From Chiloscyllium plagiosum (lineage: Eukaryota), in the NCBI RefSeq assembly GCF_004010195.1, contig NC_057718.1:77500274-77564273 (forward strand): 64,000 nucleotides of DNA, given 5' to 3'. Each line of letters starts with the position of its first letter. Within the stretch, counting starts at the first letter, position 1. The notes under the pieces were generated by a model. That model ran no database searches. It was given only the letters and a program-made list of their open reading frames with translations, and was not told the origin of the DNA. The translations under genes were made by a program, and so were the position numbers. Below, piece by piece: positions 27,001 through 39,993 of the stretch.

Positions 27001-28289
27001 TGGAAGGAGGAAGGAGGTCTGGGTAAATTTCAATCTGAGGATCTTTACGTTTAGATAATCATGCTTGGAATTTCATTTTCTGGCCACGGTGACTTCCATA
27101 TACTGTTTTAACATGCGTGAAGATAAGATTTGCTCATTGTAAATGTACTTTGGTGTTGAAGCATCCAACAAACGGAGATTGGAATTTTGGAAATGCAATT
27201 CTCTTTGAACAAAATTATTTGATGAAATGTTCTAAAATCTGAGAAAACTGATAGAGGAATTAAAAAAAGAGCACAATCTAACAAATGATGTAGGCATCCC
27301 CTTTGTTAATTATAATACACTTATTTCCTTACAGGAGGAGTAGAAACAGTTGATGTAATTACATGCAGGAGTACCCCACCCCCGTTTTGAATCCCTATTA
27401 GATTAATACTAATTTACCCATTCTGCTTGGCTTGGAATGGATGAAGGTTGTTTGTATTTTAGAAAAATGGAGACAACTAAGGCTGAACCTGTTTGCAGAT
27501 TTTCAATGTCACCCCTCCCTCAACCCATCAAACCATTCATACGTTACATATTTCAGTGTTGGGGAAGAACTGTGCAAACCTTAAAAGAATTCAGTATTGG
27601 GAATTCTAGTGTATAAAAATTGTTAGTGACTTTGAGAGAATAAACAGAACTTTCAATTTGGACAAGTTTATATAGAGATATCAAGTATCCAAAATGAGTT
27701 ATCAAATAACTTTTATTAAAAAAGGGGGCATCTCAGAAAAAAGGGGTGTCTGAATTAAACAGAAATGTTTGACATCTATATTAAAATATTATAAGATTAT
27801 GCTCCATGGACTACAAATCTCTCCAGATCTCTGGAATTAGATAGGTGATAACAGTTAAATTGCAAAATTGGATGAGAAAAAGTAATTAGGAAAGCGCTTG
27901 CAGAAGAAAAACAAATTAGAGAACGGGTCTTAGACATGTATATCTACTTGACAAAAGGATTAGTGGTGTGGAAGAGCACAAAAACATGGTTTAAATGGAA
28001 AGACACTGACGCATCATTCATTGAAAAACTGACTTTAAAATAATCAAAATAGTATTAGTGAAAGGGAGCATGAAAGCATAAATAGAAGGTAAAGCCTAAT
28101 AAATGTGTTGTGATTTGTCAGAGCTATACTGCTTCATATCATGAAACTGCAGCTAAGAGGGGTACTTGCATGCAGAAGGAGTACCACTCAATGATGCAAT
28201 CATTCACAAAATTAGCAAATTAAGGAAATATATTGAAGAAGGGATACAGATGAAGAGAGCTGGAGAAATTTTGGGTCCATGTGTGATGT

Positions 28290-30690
28290 TATTTTACTGG
28301 CCTTACTGAAAGTGTTAAAAACAATCAAAGCTGCCAGGTTAAAAATAAACCCAAAAAAGGCACAACCAGGCAATCCAGAAGTGTCTTATCTAGGACAGAT
28401 AGTGACACAAGGCAGCCATAGAATTCCATTGGAAAGGAAAACCACAATATTGAAAATGAAAAAAACAGTTACTGTTAAAGGGATAAGACAAGTCCTAGGA
28501 CTGCTTAACTATTGTGGGAATTTTGTAAAAAAATTATAGCGAACTAGCCAGATCCCTGCAAGACCTTACAAAAGGAGGACAAGCTAGCTCAGAGATAATT
28601 GACATGAGGCACGAGCAAGAGGCATTTTTCCAAATCAAACAGACACTGGCCTCCACACCAGCTGTAGGACTGTCTGACCTGATAAAGCCCTTTCACCTCT
28701 TTTGCATTGAAAGTAAGGGTAATCAGTCTGCAATAGTGCTACAGAGATGTGGAGACAAGCTCTGGCCTGTGGGATACTACTCAGGCAAAATGGATCCGGT
28801 CATGATGAGACAACACTCGTGTGTTCAAACACCCAATCTGCTACCTGGGCACTAACGACATCCTCTCCCTTGACACAACCGGGGAGGGTACACTCCCCAC
28901 ATAGTATACTCCAGCTGTTGAAAGTTGGAAAACTGAGAGTTGTTATAGACAGTCAGCAAGCCAAATGGGAAGTTGCACTGTTGCCAGGAGACAAGCACAT
29001 GGAAGTGGTTAAAGACAGCAGAGAGAACCAAGCAACCTATGTGAACCAGGAAGGAGAGACATATGATTGCATACCCCTCATGGAGCAGGAAGAGGAGAGA
29101 CAGGATCAAGTTAAGGAGGAACCATTAGAGAGGCCAGATGTGGAATTCATGTTTGTAGATGGGGCACAGAAGTACTATGATGGTGAGGCTTGGCCGAAGT
29201 GGGCTGTAGTTAATTTGTAAGGGGAACATTTGGCAGGAGAGAGGATTGGTGGATGCCACTCTACCCAGGTAGCTGAACCAAAAACACTGACTGCCGCCTT
29301 GCAGTTCGGGAAAGGAAGGAGAGTTAATACCTACACAGACAGCTTTTGATGTAGTCCACAACCACATGATGGCATGGGCAAGACAAGTTGTCTCGCGTAG
29401 TAGCATATTTCAGCACAAAACCCTAGTGAAGGACTTAGTAGCCACAGCAATTGAGCCAAAAGAGGCAGCGGTAATTAAAATTAAAGCGTACAGAATGATT
29501 CAGACACCAGAGCTGGGAGGGAATGACTACTCAGATGTTAGAACAGGAACTGATAACTGTAGCAGCTGTGAGAGAGCAAGAAGTCAAAGATGATGAATGG
29601 AACATTCTAGGTTTACAAGCAGCAGCTGGTTTAGAAGATAAAGCAGAATGGGATAAGGCTGGGGCAGCGTTAGGAGCAGATGATATTTGGAGTAAGAAAG
29701 ATAAGGTGGTAGCTCCCATATTCTGCCAGCAGAGCCTATGCAATGTTTACCATTGACTAGCACATGTAGGGAGGGATAAAATGATACAACTAATTTCTAA
29801 TTGCGAGTAGTGGAAAGGGATGGGAAGAGACACAGCAAAACATAGCCAGAGTTGCACAAACAGATCCAGAGTAGGGAATTCAAATCAAAATGAGCCACCA
29901 GCCTGCCCATAGGGACCATGGGAACACCTCTGAATGGACTTTATTGGACAACTCCCACAAAGTCAGAATCAGAAATTCTACCTGATCATGGTCAACCAGT
30001 TTACCAGATGGGTAGAAGCTTTCCCCACAGCGGACTGTACCACAACTGTGGTGGCAAAATTATTGGTGGAGACTCAAACCAAGGAACTTGCTTCACGGGA
30101 AGTGCATAAAGGAAGCTTGTAACCTCTTGGGAATAACACAAAAGTATCATATCCTTTACTATCCATGGAGCTCGGGTAATGTAGAGAGAATGAATGGAAT
30201 GCTGAAAAATGCTCTGACCAAGGCAATGCTCGGAGGAGGAATGAAATGGACTCTTTCCCTACCAGTCATCCTGATAGCCCAGAGGGCAACTCCCCTGAGG
30301 GCCACTGGACTAAAACCCTTTGAACTCAAAACGGGACAAGCAAGGACACTCCTCCAGGTCCTAGTCAAAGGAGGAGCAGAACTGATTAACAGCAAGGGAC
30401 AAGTCTGGGATTATATGAAATCCCTCTGTAAGCATTTACCCATACTTCACAGACAGGCATGCAACCAGCAACCTTTCAAGGACTGGGAGTCTGAGGGACA
30501 CCCAGAACAGACAGAAATGCCAGCCCCAGAATCAAAAGTCCTGGTGAAAATAAGTCCAAGCAAGGAAGCCTTGTCCCCTCGCAATGGGATAGACCTCATG
30601 AGGTAATATTAACAGGTAACATGAGCACATCTATTAATAAAAGCAGGATTGGTAAACGGAGACACCCCAAGCAGTTAAAAGTAAATCCTT
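28290..30690 (+). pseudogene. pol: ERV pol 3' part (RT thumb/connection, RNase H, integrase)
   Basis: LKINPKKAQ..VSYLGQ..GIRQVLGLLNYC; PVGYYSGKMDPV; FVDG, NTYTDS (RNase H); MDFIGQLP..VNQFTRWVEAFP; YPWSSGNVERMNGMLK (IN). Confidence 0.9.
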
Positions 30691-30730
30691 AAAAGTAAAT
30701 AAGGATTAACAGCCAACTTGTCTAGTGTGT

Positions 30731-30778
30731 TTTGTCTCTCTCTCTCTCTCTGTCTTTTTTTCTGTTTCCCTCTTGCAG
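30731..30778 (+). promoter_or_regulatory. Probable env splice acceptor
   Basis: Long polypyrimidine tract ending TTGCAG|G between the integrase end and the env ATG. Confidence 0.6.
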
Positions 30779-31078
30779 GTTTTAAGGACCCTCACTACAT
30801 GATCACCAACAAGCAACAGGAGTGGGATCCTTGACACCAGGATGGGAGCCAGAATAGATTAAGGTCGCACGTAAATATATGTAAATATATGTGATGTGGT
30901 TGTGCAGTGGTAACTGTAATGAAAAATATTACAAATGTTAGAGTAAACATGAAAATACTAATCCTCTGCGGGTTCCTCTCAAATTTGATCCAATCAGAGG
31001 CTGACAGGCACTTGATGAAACAGAAGCATAATATTAAGACATTTTTATACATGTCATATGTTTATGCCAAACGTATTA

Positions 31079-31822
31079 TGTTATGACACAGCAGTGAACC
31101 CTTCTGCTAGTTAAACCAAACATCCAGAAAAACTCATCTCGCCTCATAATCTGTTAAAGTATGAGGGACAGAAAACACCCAAATTCCACTATTTAAAGAA
31201 AAAATATCAAATTATTCTTTAAATCTAAAAGTGAACATTAAACAAAAACTATTTACAACTCTAAACCTCCTTTCTCTTAAATGCTTATTATCTGCCTCCC
31301 ACTCTATAGCAATATACTGTTCCCATAAAAACCCATATTCAAATTAAATCAACTTAAGTTCAAAACCACACAGCAGCTGTCATCTCTGGTGTCCTCCTTC
31401 TTTTGGCTGAAGATCTTCCTGGGTCGTCTTATGTCTTTTTCCTGCAAAGTTGTTTCATATGAAAAAAGTACCGATGATAGAGAGTGTTTTGAATGGTAGA
31501 CTCTCTTGATGGCATTTACTCTCTGGGTCTAACTTTCAAAATGTCTTTATACCCCTGACATTGGATCATCTCATGGTTCGAAGTTGGCAAAAATAATAAA
31601 TACAGACTCAATTGGCTTTTAGTATCCTGGGGCATATTTTAAACTGATTGGTTAGATTCAAATTTTTTCCAAAACAACTCAGGTATCTATTTCACAGCCA
31701 AATGTTACATATTTTCAATTTTCTAGTACACTTTGAGACTGCTAGTAAATCACATGTCAGGTACCTGCAACATCTCAGTGCAAAACAGTATTTACTCTCT
31801 CTTAAGGATACAATATGCGCCT
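31079..31822 (-). repeat. Gmr1-B 3' LTR (first ~14 bp deleted next to the PPT)
   Basis: Colinear with 39994-40720; PPT AAGGGGAG abuts the LTR body. Confidence 0.88.
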
Positions 31823-33980
31823 CCCCTTAAGAAAAAATGAAACATCATAACGACAAGATGGCTTCATTTTTGTTTCTAATTCTTAATCCCATTACAATGA
31901 AATTCATACAACATTAATCTAAGTTCATATTAATTTCTGCACACATATATAAAACATTGGTATCTGTTCAATATTTCTATACTTTATCTGTTAAATCCAT
32001 GACAACGCATTCACTATCGCATTCTTACAACCCGCAACTTGTACAGTTTGTAAATTAAATGTCTGTTGCATAAGACTCCAATGAAATAGTCTCATATTCT
32101 TATCTTTAAATTGTTCTAAGAACGTAAGAAAATTGTGATTCGTGTACTCAACTGTCTCCAACACATTGTTCTTCACATAAACATTAAAATGTTGTAAGGC
32201 CAGTACCAAACTCAATAATTCCTTTTCCATTCTAGAGTATTTTCTCTGATGGGTGTTGAGTTTCTTTGAAAAGCAGCCAATTAACTATTCAATTCCATCA
32301 ACATCTTCCTGTAGCAGTATAGCTCCAACTCCTATATCGCTAGCATAGATGGCAACTTTAACGGGTTTCAAAAATTTTGATGTAGCTAAAATTGGTGCGG
32401 TGGTTATTACAGCTTTTAAATTGTCAAATCCCTCCTGGCATTGTTTTGTCCACCAAAGGTTTGTGTTCTTCTTCAGTAAATCTGTTAGCAGTGCCACTAC
32501 GCTGCAGAAGTTTGGAACAAACATCCAGTAGAATCCGCTTCGTCTTAGTCCCAAAAGTCGAAGCACCTCTTTCTTCGAGATTTGTCGTGGAAATTCCTCG
32601 ATGGCCTTCACCTTTGTGTTCCTTGGGGTCAACCTTTCATGACTGATGTTATGTCCCAAGAATGTCACCTCTGCCTTCGTGAATTCTGTTTTCTTTAAGT
32701 GTATTACCCGTTTTGCTTCACTTAATCGTTCAAAGAGCTCTGCCAGCAATGCCATGTGATCTTTCCATGAATCACTAAAGATCACTACAACATCCAGATA
32801 GACTGCACAGTTTATTAATCCAGCCACAACTCTGTTCATGAGTCTTTGGAATGTTGCAGGTGCATTCTTCATTTCAAAGGGCATCACTTTGAATTTATAT
32901 AACCTATTTGGGGTTACAAGCGGAGAATCTTCTTTCGCTTTCTCTGATAAAGATACCTGTCGACAAACACGCAGTAGGTCCAACTTTGTGATGTAACTGG
33001 CTTGTCCAATTTTCTCTATACAGTCCTTCAATCTTGGTATTGGGTATGAGCCTGATTTTGTTATGGCATTGACCTTCCGATAGTCCACACAAAATCGTTG
33101 AGTGCCGTCAGGTTTGGGAACTACAATCGGCAAACTCAACTTCAAAGACTTAACATCCACTTCCTTCTCGACCTGTGACTTTGAAAGGATTAAGCCTGTA
33201 GGGATGTTGTTTTATCAGAACAGCATTCCTTACTTCTACCTCATGCACAATAGCATTAGTCCTCCCCATCTTATTCCTGCATATGTCCGCATACTGCTGC
33301 AACAAACCTTTCAACTGTGTTCTTTGTTCCTGAGGCAGATAGTTCACTAACCTATCCAACTCCTCAAGGTCTTCCTCATTGTTTAACCTATTTTGAGGCA
33401 CATCAAACTCCACAACATCTGGATCTGATTCCACATTCTGTGGAGCAGTAAATTGCACCTGTTTCTCCAGTTCCTTCTCTCAATGACAAAGTTTCATCAT
33501 ATTCACATGACATACCCGATACAGTTTTTTTTCCTAGCCGGTACCTCCTATCATTGATGACAATACTAGTACATCATCCCCAAGGGAAAAAGTCTGAATT
33601 TCAGATTTTTTTTATCTGCTACCTGCTTCATTCTATGCTGTGTTCTCTTCAGGTGCTGTTTAGCTAATTCCCCTACCCAATTTAATCTCTCCATCAACTC
33701 CGATACATAATCTAAATGTGAGATCTCCAACTTCGGTCCTGTCAATTTCTCTTTAATTAATTTCAAAGGCCTTCTCACTTCATGTCCGAATAGTGACACA
33801 AAGGGAGTAAACTGAGTAGATTCCTTTGGGGCATCACTGATGGCAAACAATACAAATGCCGTCAGGTTTGGGAACCAATCATTCAGGTAATCCTGACAGT
33901 ATGCTCCTAACATAATCTTCAGGGTCTAATGCCACTTTTCCAAATCTCCCTGGGATTCAGGATGGTATGCACGTGATTGT

Positions 33981-34294
33981 GGGCAGCACGGTGGCACAGT
34001 GGTTAGCACTGCATAGCACCAGAGACCCGGGTTCAATTCCCGCGACTGACTGTGTGGAGTTTGCACATTCTCCCCATGTCTGAGTGGGTTTCCTCCGGGT
34101 GCTCCGGTTTCCTCCCACAGTCCAAAGATGTGCAGGTCAGGTGAATTGGCCATGCTAAATTGCCCGTAGTGTTAGGTAAGGGGTAGATGTAGGAGTATGG
34201 GTGGGTTGCGCTTCGGCGGGGCGGTGTGGACTTGTTGGGCCAAAGGGCCTGTTTCCACACTGTAAGTAATCTAATCTAATATAATCTAATCTAA
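33981..34294 (+). mobile_element. HE1-like tRNA-derived V-SINE inserted in the Gmr1-B integrase
   Basis: A box TGGCACAGTGG, B box GGTTCAATTCC, V-domain tgtggagtttgcacattctcccc..cctcccacagtccaaaga, CR1-like tail and (TAATC)n. Confidence 0.92.
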
Positions 34295-35216
34295 AGTTCT
34301 GTATGCCTAAGCTATCCTTGACTTCCTTAAGCAGCCTAACAGTAAAATTAGACCTTTGGTCTAATTGAATCTGTCTGGGTAGCCCATACAGTATGAAGAA
34401 AGCTACTAACACCTCTACCATCTTTTTTGCCTTAATACTCTGTAATGGAACTGCCTCTGGAAATCTGGTAGGCACATCCATTATGGTTGGCAAGTACTGG
34501 TTGCCAGTTCTGGTTGTAGGGAGGGGACCTACGCAATCAATTATAACCTACGTGAAAAGTTCTTCGAATGTGGGAATTGGCAACAAAGGTACTGGTTTTA
34601 TTACTGCCTGTGGCTTACATACCATTTTGCAAGTGCTACATGTACAGCAAAGGTTAACCACATCCGTGTGCATTCCAGGCCAATAAAAATGTTTTTGTAC
34701 CTTAGTCTAAGTCTGAGTCTTCCATACACCTAGGTGACCTCCTACTGGTAGTTCCTGTGCTACCCGTAACAATTCCTGTTTGTATGCTACTGGCAACACA
34801 ATCTGGTGCGCTTCAGCCCATTTCTCCTCTGCACTAACTTGCGTGGTCTCTATTTTTGTCTTAGAATTCCATTTTTCAAATAATAACCCCCAGGAATATT
34901 TTCTGACTCCTTTTCTGAGTACGTATCAACATTTTTTTTTATTGTCTCCTCTTTCTGTTGTAAGTCCATTAGCCTTTCAGGATGAAACACTTCTACCTGA
35001 CCCACTGCCTGTTCAGGTTTTTCCTGCACCATTACATCAAACAAGGTGAAACTCATCTCCTTCATCTTTCTCTTTTGTTTTTGCATCGTGCTGTGACTTA
35101 TAATGGTGGGACCTTGTTACTACACAGTCTAGTAAAATTCCAGGATATTTTTCTTTTATCTTCTCAGTTCCCTGGTCTTCGTTGTGGTTCTGTTCGCCGA
35201 GTTGGGAATTTGTGTT

Positions 35217-35256
35217 GCAGATGTTTCGTCCCCTGTCTAGGTGACATCTTCAGTGC
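35217..35256 (-). ncRNA. Minimal type I hammerhead ribozyme motif
   Basis: GCA-CTGAAGA-T-GTCACC-tagaca-GGGGAC-GAAA-CATC-TGC. Confidence 0.75.
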
Positions 35257-37525
35257 TTGGGAGCCTCCTGTGAAGCGCTTCTGTGTTGTTTCCTCCAGCA
35301 TTTATAGTGGTCTGTTTCTGCCGCTTCCGGTTGTCAGTTCCAGCTGTCCGCTACAGTGGCCAGTATATTGGGACCAGGTCGATATGTTTGTTGATAGAAT
35401 CTGTGGATGAGTGCCATGCCTCTAGGAATTCCCTGGCTGTTCTCTGTTTGGCTTGTCCTATAATAGTAGTGTTGTCCCAGTCNNNNNNNNNNNNNNNNNN
35501 NNNNNNNNNNNNNNNNNNNNNNNNNNNNNNNNNNNNNNNNNNNNNNNNNNNNNNNNNNNNNNNNNNNNNNNNNNNNNNNNNNNNNNNNNNNNNNNNNNNN
35601 NNNNNNNNNNNNNNNNNTTGTGGCATGTCCTCATTCCGTTGTCTTTCCCTTAGGCATCTGTTGATGAAATTGCACGGGTATCCGTTTTTGATGAATACAT
35701 TGTTGAGGTGTTCTTCTTCCTCTTTTTGCAGTTCTGGTGTACTGCAGTGTGTTGTGGCCCTTTTGAACAGTGTCTTGATGCAACTTCTCATATGTCTGTT
35801 GGGGTGGTTGCTTTCATAGTTCAGGACTTGGTCTGTGTGTGTGGCTTTCCTGAATACCTTTGTGGTGAATTCTCCGTTCGGTGTTCTCTGTACCCTCACG
35901 TCTAGGAATGGTTGGTTGTCCTTTTCTTCCTCTCTAGTGAATCTGATTCCTGTGAGTGTGGCGTGATGGTCCAGTGTGTGTTTTCTATTTCTGTGTTTTT
36001 AATGATTACAAAGGTGTCATCCACATATCTGACCCAGAGTTTGGGTTGAATTTGCGGTAAGACAGTTTGTTCTAATCTTTGCATTACAGCTTCTGCTGTG
36101 AGTCCAGAGATGGGTGAGCCCATGGGTGTGCCGTTGATTTGTTCATATATTTGGTTGTTGAATGTGAAGTGTGTTGTGAGGCACAGGTCCAGGTAGTTTG
36201 AGATGCAGTCTTTGTTGATAGATTCCCCGTCTTGTTGTCTGTTCTGTATGCCCAGCAGGTTGGCTATTGTTTCTCTGGCTAGGGTTTGTCGATAGAGGTG
36301 AACAGTGCCGTTACATCGAATGAGACCATAGTTTCTTCCTTGTCTATGTGTATATTTCTGATGATGTCCAAGAATTCCTGTGTTGACTATATAGAGTGTC
36401 TGAATCCGCTGATCAGGTGTTTCAGTTTCTGTTGTAGTTCTTTACCCAGTTTGTGTGATAGTGTTCCTGGTAGCAATACGATGGATCTGAGTGGGATGTC
36501 TGGTTTATGCACTTTAAGTAGTCCATAGAATCTGGGCGTGGTGTTGCTTTCAGGTTTCATTCTTTGTAGGTCAAACCTGGTTATCTGTCCGTTTTTTTTG
36601 CAGATTCCTCAGTGTGTTGTTTATCCTATTGGTGAGCTGTGGGGTGGGGTCAAACTCCCTCTTTTGGTAGGTGATGGTATCTGCAAGTAGTTGTTGCGCT
36701 TTCTGGATGGACTCTGCTTTGTCCAGGATGACCGTCATTCTGCCTTTGTCTGCTGGTAGTATGATTATGTTCTTATAATTTCTTAGTGATTTTAGTGCTT
36801 CCCTCTCCTTGGTGTTGAGGTTGCATTTGTCTTTTCCTTGTTATCAGGGGTACGATACTTTGTCTCACTGTTTGTTGTGTCTCTTCTGTCAGTCCATTGT
36901 TCCTGAGTGTGCATTCTAGTGCTGCTAGGAAGTCTGCTGTCTTGGCGTCCCTGTGGTTATAGTTGAGTCCCCTGGCCAGTATTGTTCTTTCCGTGTCTGT
37001 GAGCTGTCTATGGGAGAGGTTTCTAACCCAGCTTTGTGTTGTGGTGTCCTCTCTGTTGTGTGTTAGTTTGGCCATTTTTCTTTTAGTGCCGTTTTTTTGC
37101 AGTTTGTGGTCCTGTTCTGTCCTTTGGTGACAGCCCGTTCTATGGTCCGGATCCATTCCTGATTGGTGGTTTTTGAAATTAACATTTTTTGGCAAGCAAT
37201 TTCTTTTCAGTATTTGTGAAGTGTGTTGCAAGCGTCTGTAATCATTACCTGGATCATCCTAAATCCGTTCTGTCTGGCTGTGCCCCTGGCTTGTGGGTCT
37301 GTATCTGGTGTCTGTATCTGACACATGGTGGAAGGATTCGATTCTTTCAGCAATCCTGCAGGAACCGGAATTGTTCGTATGTGGCACTTAGGTGATTGGC
37401 ACAGGATTCCCATTTCCTGGCTTGTCTTAGCATTGCTTGCCCGTAGGTGTTCAAAGTTTGTGAGAAGATTTGTAGCTCGGGTGCTCGTTGTTGTGTTTCT
37501 GTTCGCCGAGTTGGGAATTTGTGTT

Positions 37526-37565
37526 GCAGACGTTTCGCCCCCTGTCTAGGTGGCATCCTCAGTGC
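37526..37565 (-). ncRNA. Minimal type I hammerhead ribozyme motif
   Basis: GCA-CTGAGGA-T-GCCACC-tagaca-GGGGGC-GAAA-CGTC-TGC. Confidence 0.85.
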
Positions 37566-37939
37566 TTGGGAGCCTCCTGTGAAGCGCTTCTGTGATGTTT
37601 CCTCCGGCATATATAATGGTTTGTCTCTGCCGCTTCCGGTTGTCAGTTCCAGCTGTCCATTACAGTGGCCGGTATATTGGGACCAAGTCGATGTGTTTGT
37701 TGATAGAATCTGTGGATGAGTGCCATGCCTCTAGGAATTCCCTGGCTGTTCTCTGTTTGCCAGGGAATTCCTAGAGGTATGGCACTCATCCACAGATTCT
37801 ATCAACAAACACATCAATCTGGTCCCAATATACTGGCCACTGCAGCGGACAGCTGGAACTGACAACCGGAAGCAGCAGGGACAAACCACTATAAATGCTG
37901 GAGGAAACAACACAGAAGCGCTTCACAGGAGGCTCCCAA

Positions 37940-37979
37940 GCACTGAGGATGTCACCTAGACAGGGGACGAAACGTTTGC
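37940..37979 (+). ncRNA. Minimal type I hammerhead ribozyme motif
   Basis: GCA-CTGAGGA-T-GTCACC-tagaca-GGGGAC-GAAA-CGTT-TGC. Confidence 0.85.
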
Positions 37980-39970
37980 AACACAAATTCCCAGCTCGGC
38001 GAACAGAACCACAACAATGAGCACCCAAGCTACAAATCTTCTCACAAACTTTGAATCCCGGGTTTTCTTTGGCTTCTCCACAACAAGGGGTGTCAGTCCC
38101 ACCTTGGATCCCACTAAATTTTCCCAAGAACAAACTGGATTCCTGGAACTGACACTCTGTCAATCACTCCCACTGTTACTTCCCCAGTCTTAACATGGGG
38201 CTCTTCAACCTGATCTTACATAGGGGAACACTAAAGTTCTATCCATCTATCCGACAAATTACCACTTTCTTGGGTAGCAGTTCAGAAAGAGTGCAAATGC
38301 ATTCATCTTTTACTCTTAGAGACTGGTTAGATTCTGTATCTCTCAAAATTATAACTTCTTTCCCTTCTCTCCTTGCTCTTTTTGAGTAAACTTTACGCAC
38401 AGTGGCAAATTCTTTATAAAGATCAGGCACTAACTCCAAACCCCAGCCCCTGCCTCCGCTGTATACTCTCCTGCAGCTCCTCAACTTTCCCTAGGGTCTC
38501 CTTTACTACCTTCACTAACGCCACCAGCTTAGCCTCTTTTATCACATCTTTTCCCACAGTGCCTTTCTTTAACAATGAGCACTGTGACTTTACGTGTCCC
38601 ATTTTCTGGCAGTGAAAAATCTTTTCCCAGTGCCCTTCTTAAACCACTGGCACTATAATTTTCTGTGCCCCACTCCATTACAGTGAAAACACCTGAGGCA
38701 TTTCATCTCCTTTTCACCCTCTTGGGCTTCTTTTTAACATATGATAAACTATTACCAGTGTGCTCTACTCTTTGTTTTGTAGTGTAGGTTCTCGTGTTCT
38801 CCCAATTTCTATTCCTCACAGGGTGAAATTCATGCCTTATGCCTCAATGTATATTCATCTGCCATCTCTTTTGTTCTTCTCACTTGTTGAACTTTCTGTT
38901 CAATCACATGAGCTCTTATCATCCCTGGAAGTGAATTTTTAAATTCCTCCAGCAGAACAATCTCTCTTAGAGTCTCATAGGTCTTATCTATTTTAAAGGC
39001 CCGACCCATCTATCAAAATTATTTTGTTTAATTCTTTCAAACTCGACATAAGCCTGACCTGGTTCCTTGTTTATGTTTCTTGAACTGCTGTCTATACAGA
39101 TCTGGTGCCAATTCATAAGCACTCAAAATAGCCTGTCTGACATCTTCATAATCTCTTGACCCCTCATCAGAGAGTGCTGCAAATACCTCACTAGCTCTGC
39201 CTACCAGCTTAGTCTGAACTCGCATTACCCACACATTCTCTGGCTACTCCATCAGCCCAGACAATTTTTCAAATGAAATTAAGAAGGCTTTGACATCTTT
39301 CTCATCAAAATCTAGCAGTGTTTTAACATTTTGTATTTATCACTACCTTCTCTCTTCATCGCCATCCTGCTTACTTGACTTTCCTGACTAAATCACAACT
39401 TCTAAAGTTCAAATTATCTCTCCCTTTCTCTTTCTCATTCTTCTCTCTGTGCACAGCTCAGAACCTTCTCTCTCTTTCTTTTTCCTCTCTCCCTTTCTCT
39501 TCCTTCTCTCTCTCTTTTTCTATCCCTTTCTTTATCTTCTAGCTCCATTTTCCTCAATTGTAATTTAAGTTTTTCTACCTCTACTGCACTTGTCTGTTTC
39601 TCTGACACACCTAACTGCTTGACTAATTCCCTTACAATTTCAGCTTTACTTCTGTCCTTGGTTAAACCCAAATCTAACCTCTTTGCTTATTCTAAAAGTA
39701 TGGCCTTTTTCTGTCTTGCTAAACTTTCTTGACAAATTTGGAAATCATCTTCAAACCCCAGAAACTCTTTAGCAATCTTAAGAGCCATTTTTCTCACTTT
39801 TAATTTAACCAACCACAAGTAACCAAAATTAAACAGATTGTCTGACCTACATTTTATTTAAAGATCTAGAATACTAATTGACAAGTCTTTAAATTTGCTG
39901 AGATCTTTTGTACTCCAAATCTGTTCAAATCTGTCTAAATCTCAGACTGGATCTATCTAAATCTGTTCAA

Positions 39971-39990
39971 ATCATGGACCCGAGCCCCCA
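39971..39990 (-). promoter_or_regulatory. Gmr1-B primer-binding site, tRNA-Pro-like
   Basis: TGGGGGCTCGGGTCCATGAT, 3 nt after the LTR end. Confidence 0.75.
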
Positions 39991-39993
39991 AAC

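Larger units (their letters stand above)
35181..38055 (-). mobile_element. Near-complete Penelope-like element (RT + GIY-YIG) with direct pseudo-LTRs and a 5' inverted copy
   Basis: ILPADKG, PRFYGL.KVHK, VSFDVTALFT, MGSPISG..RYVDDTF, VFRKATHTDQVL, AREFLEAWHS; repeats 35181-35449 and 37490-37759; inverted copy 37759-38055; imperfect ~11-bp TSD. Confidence 0.93.

Noticed and set aside
32285..33160. Longest ORF (291 aa, RT) as an active gene
   Set aside because: Catalytic YLDD reads YLDV and the flanking polyprotein is frameshifted
33981..34050. tRNA-like A/B boxes (also near 45640-45712 and 50130-50189)
   Set aside because: These are SINE heads followed by a V-domain and CR1-like tail, not tRNA genes
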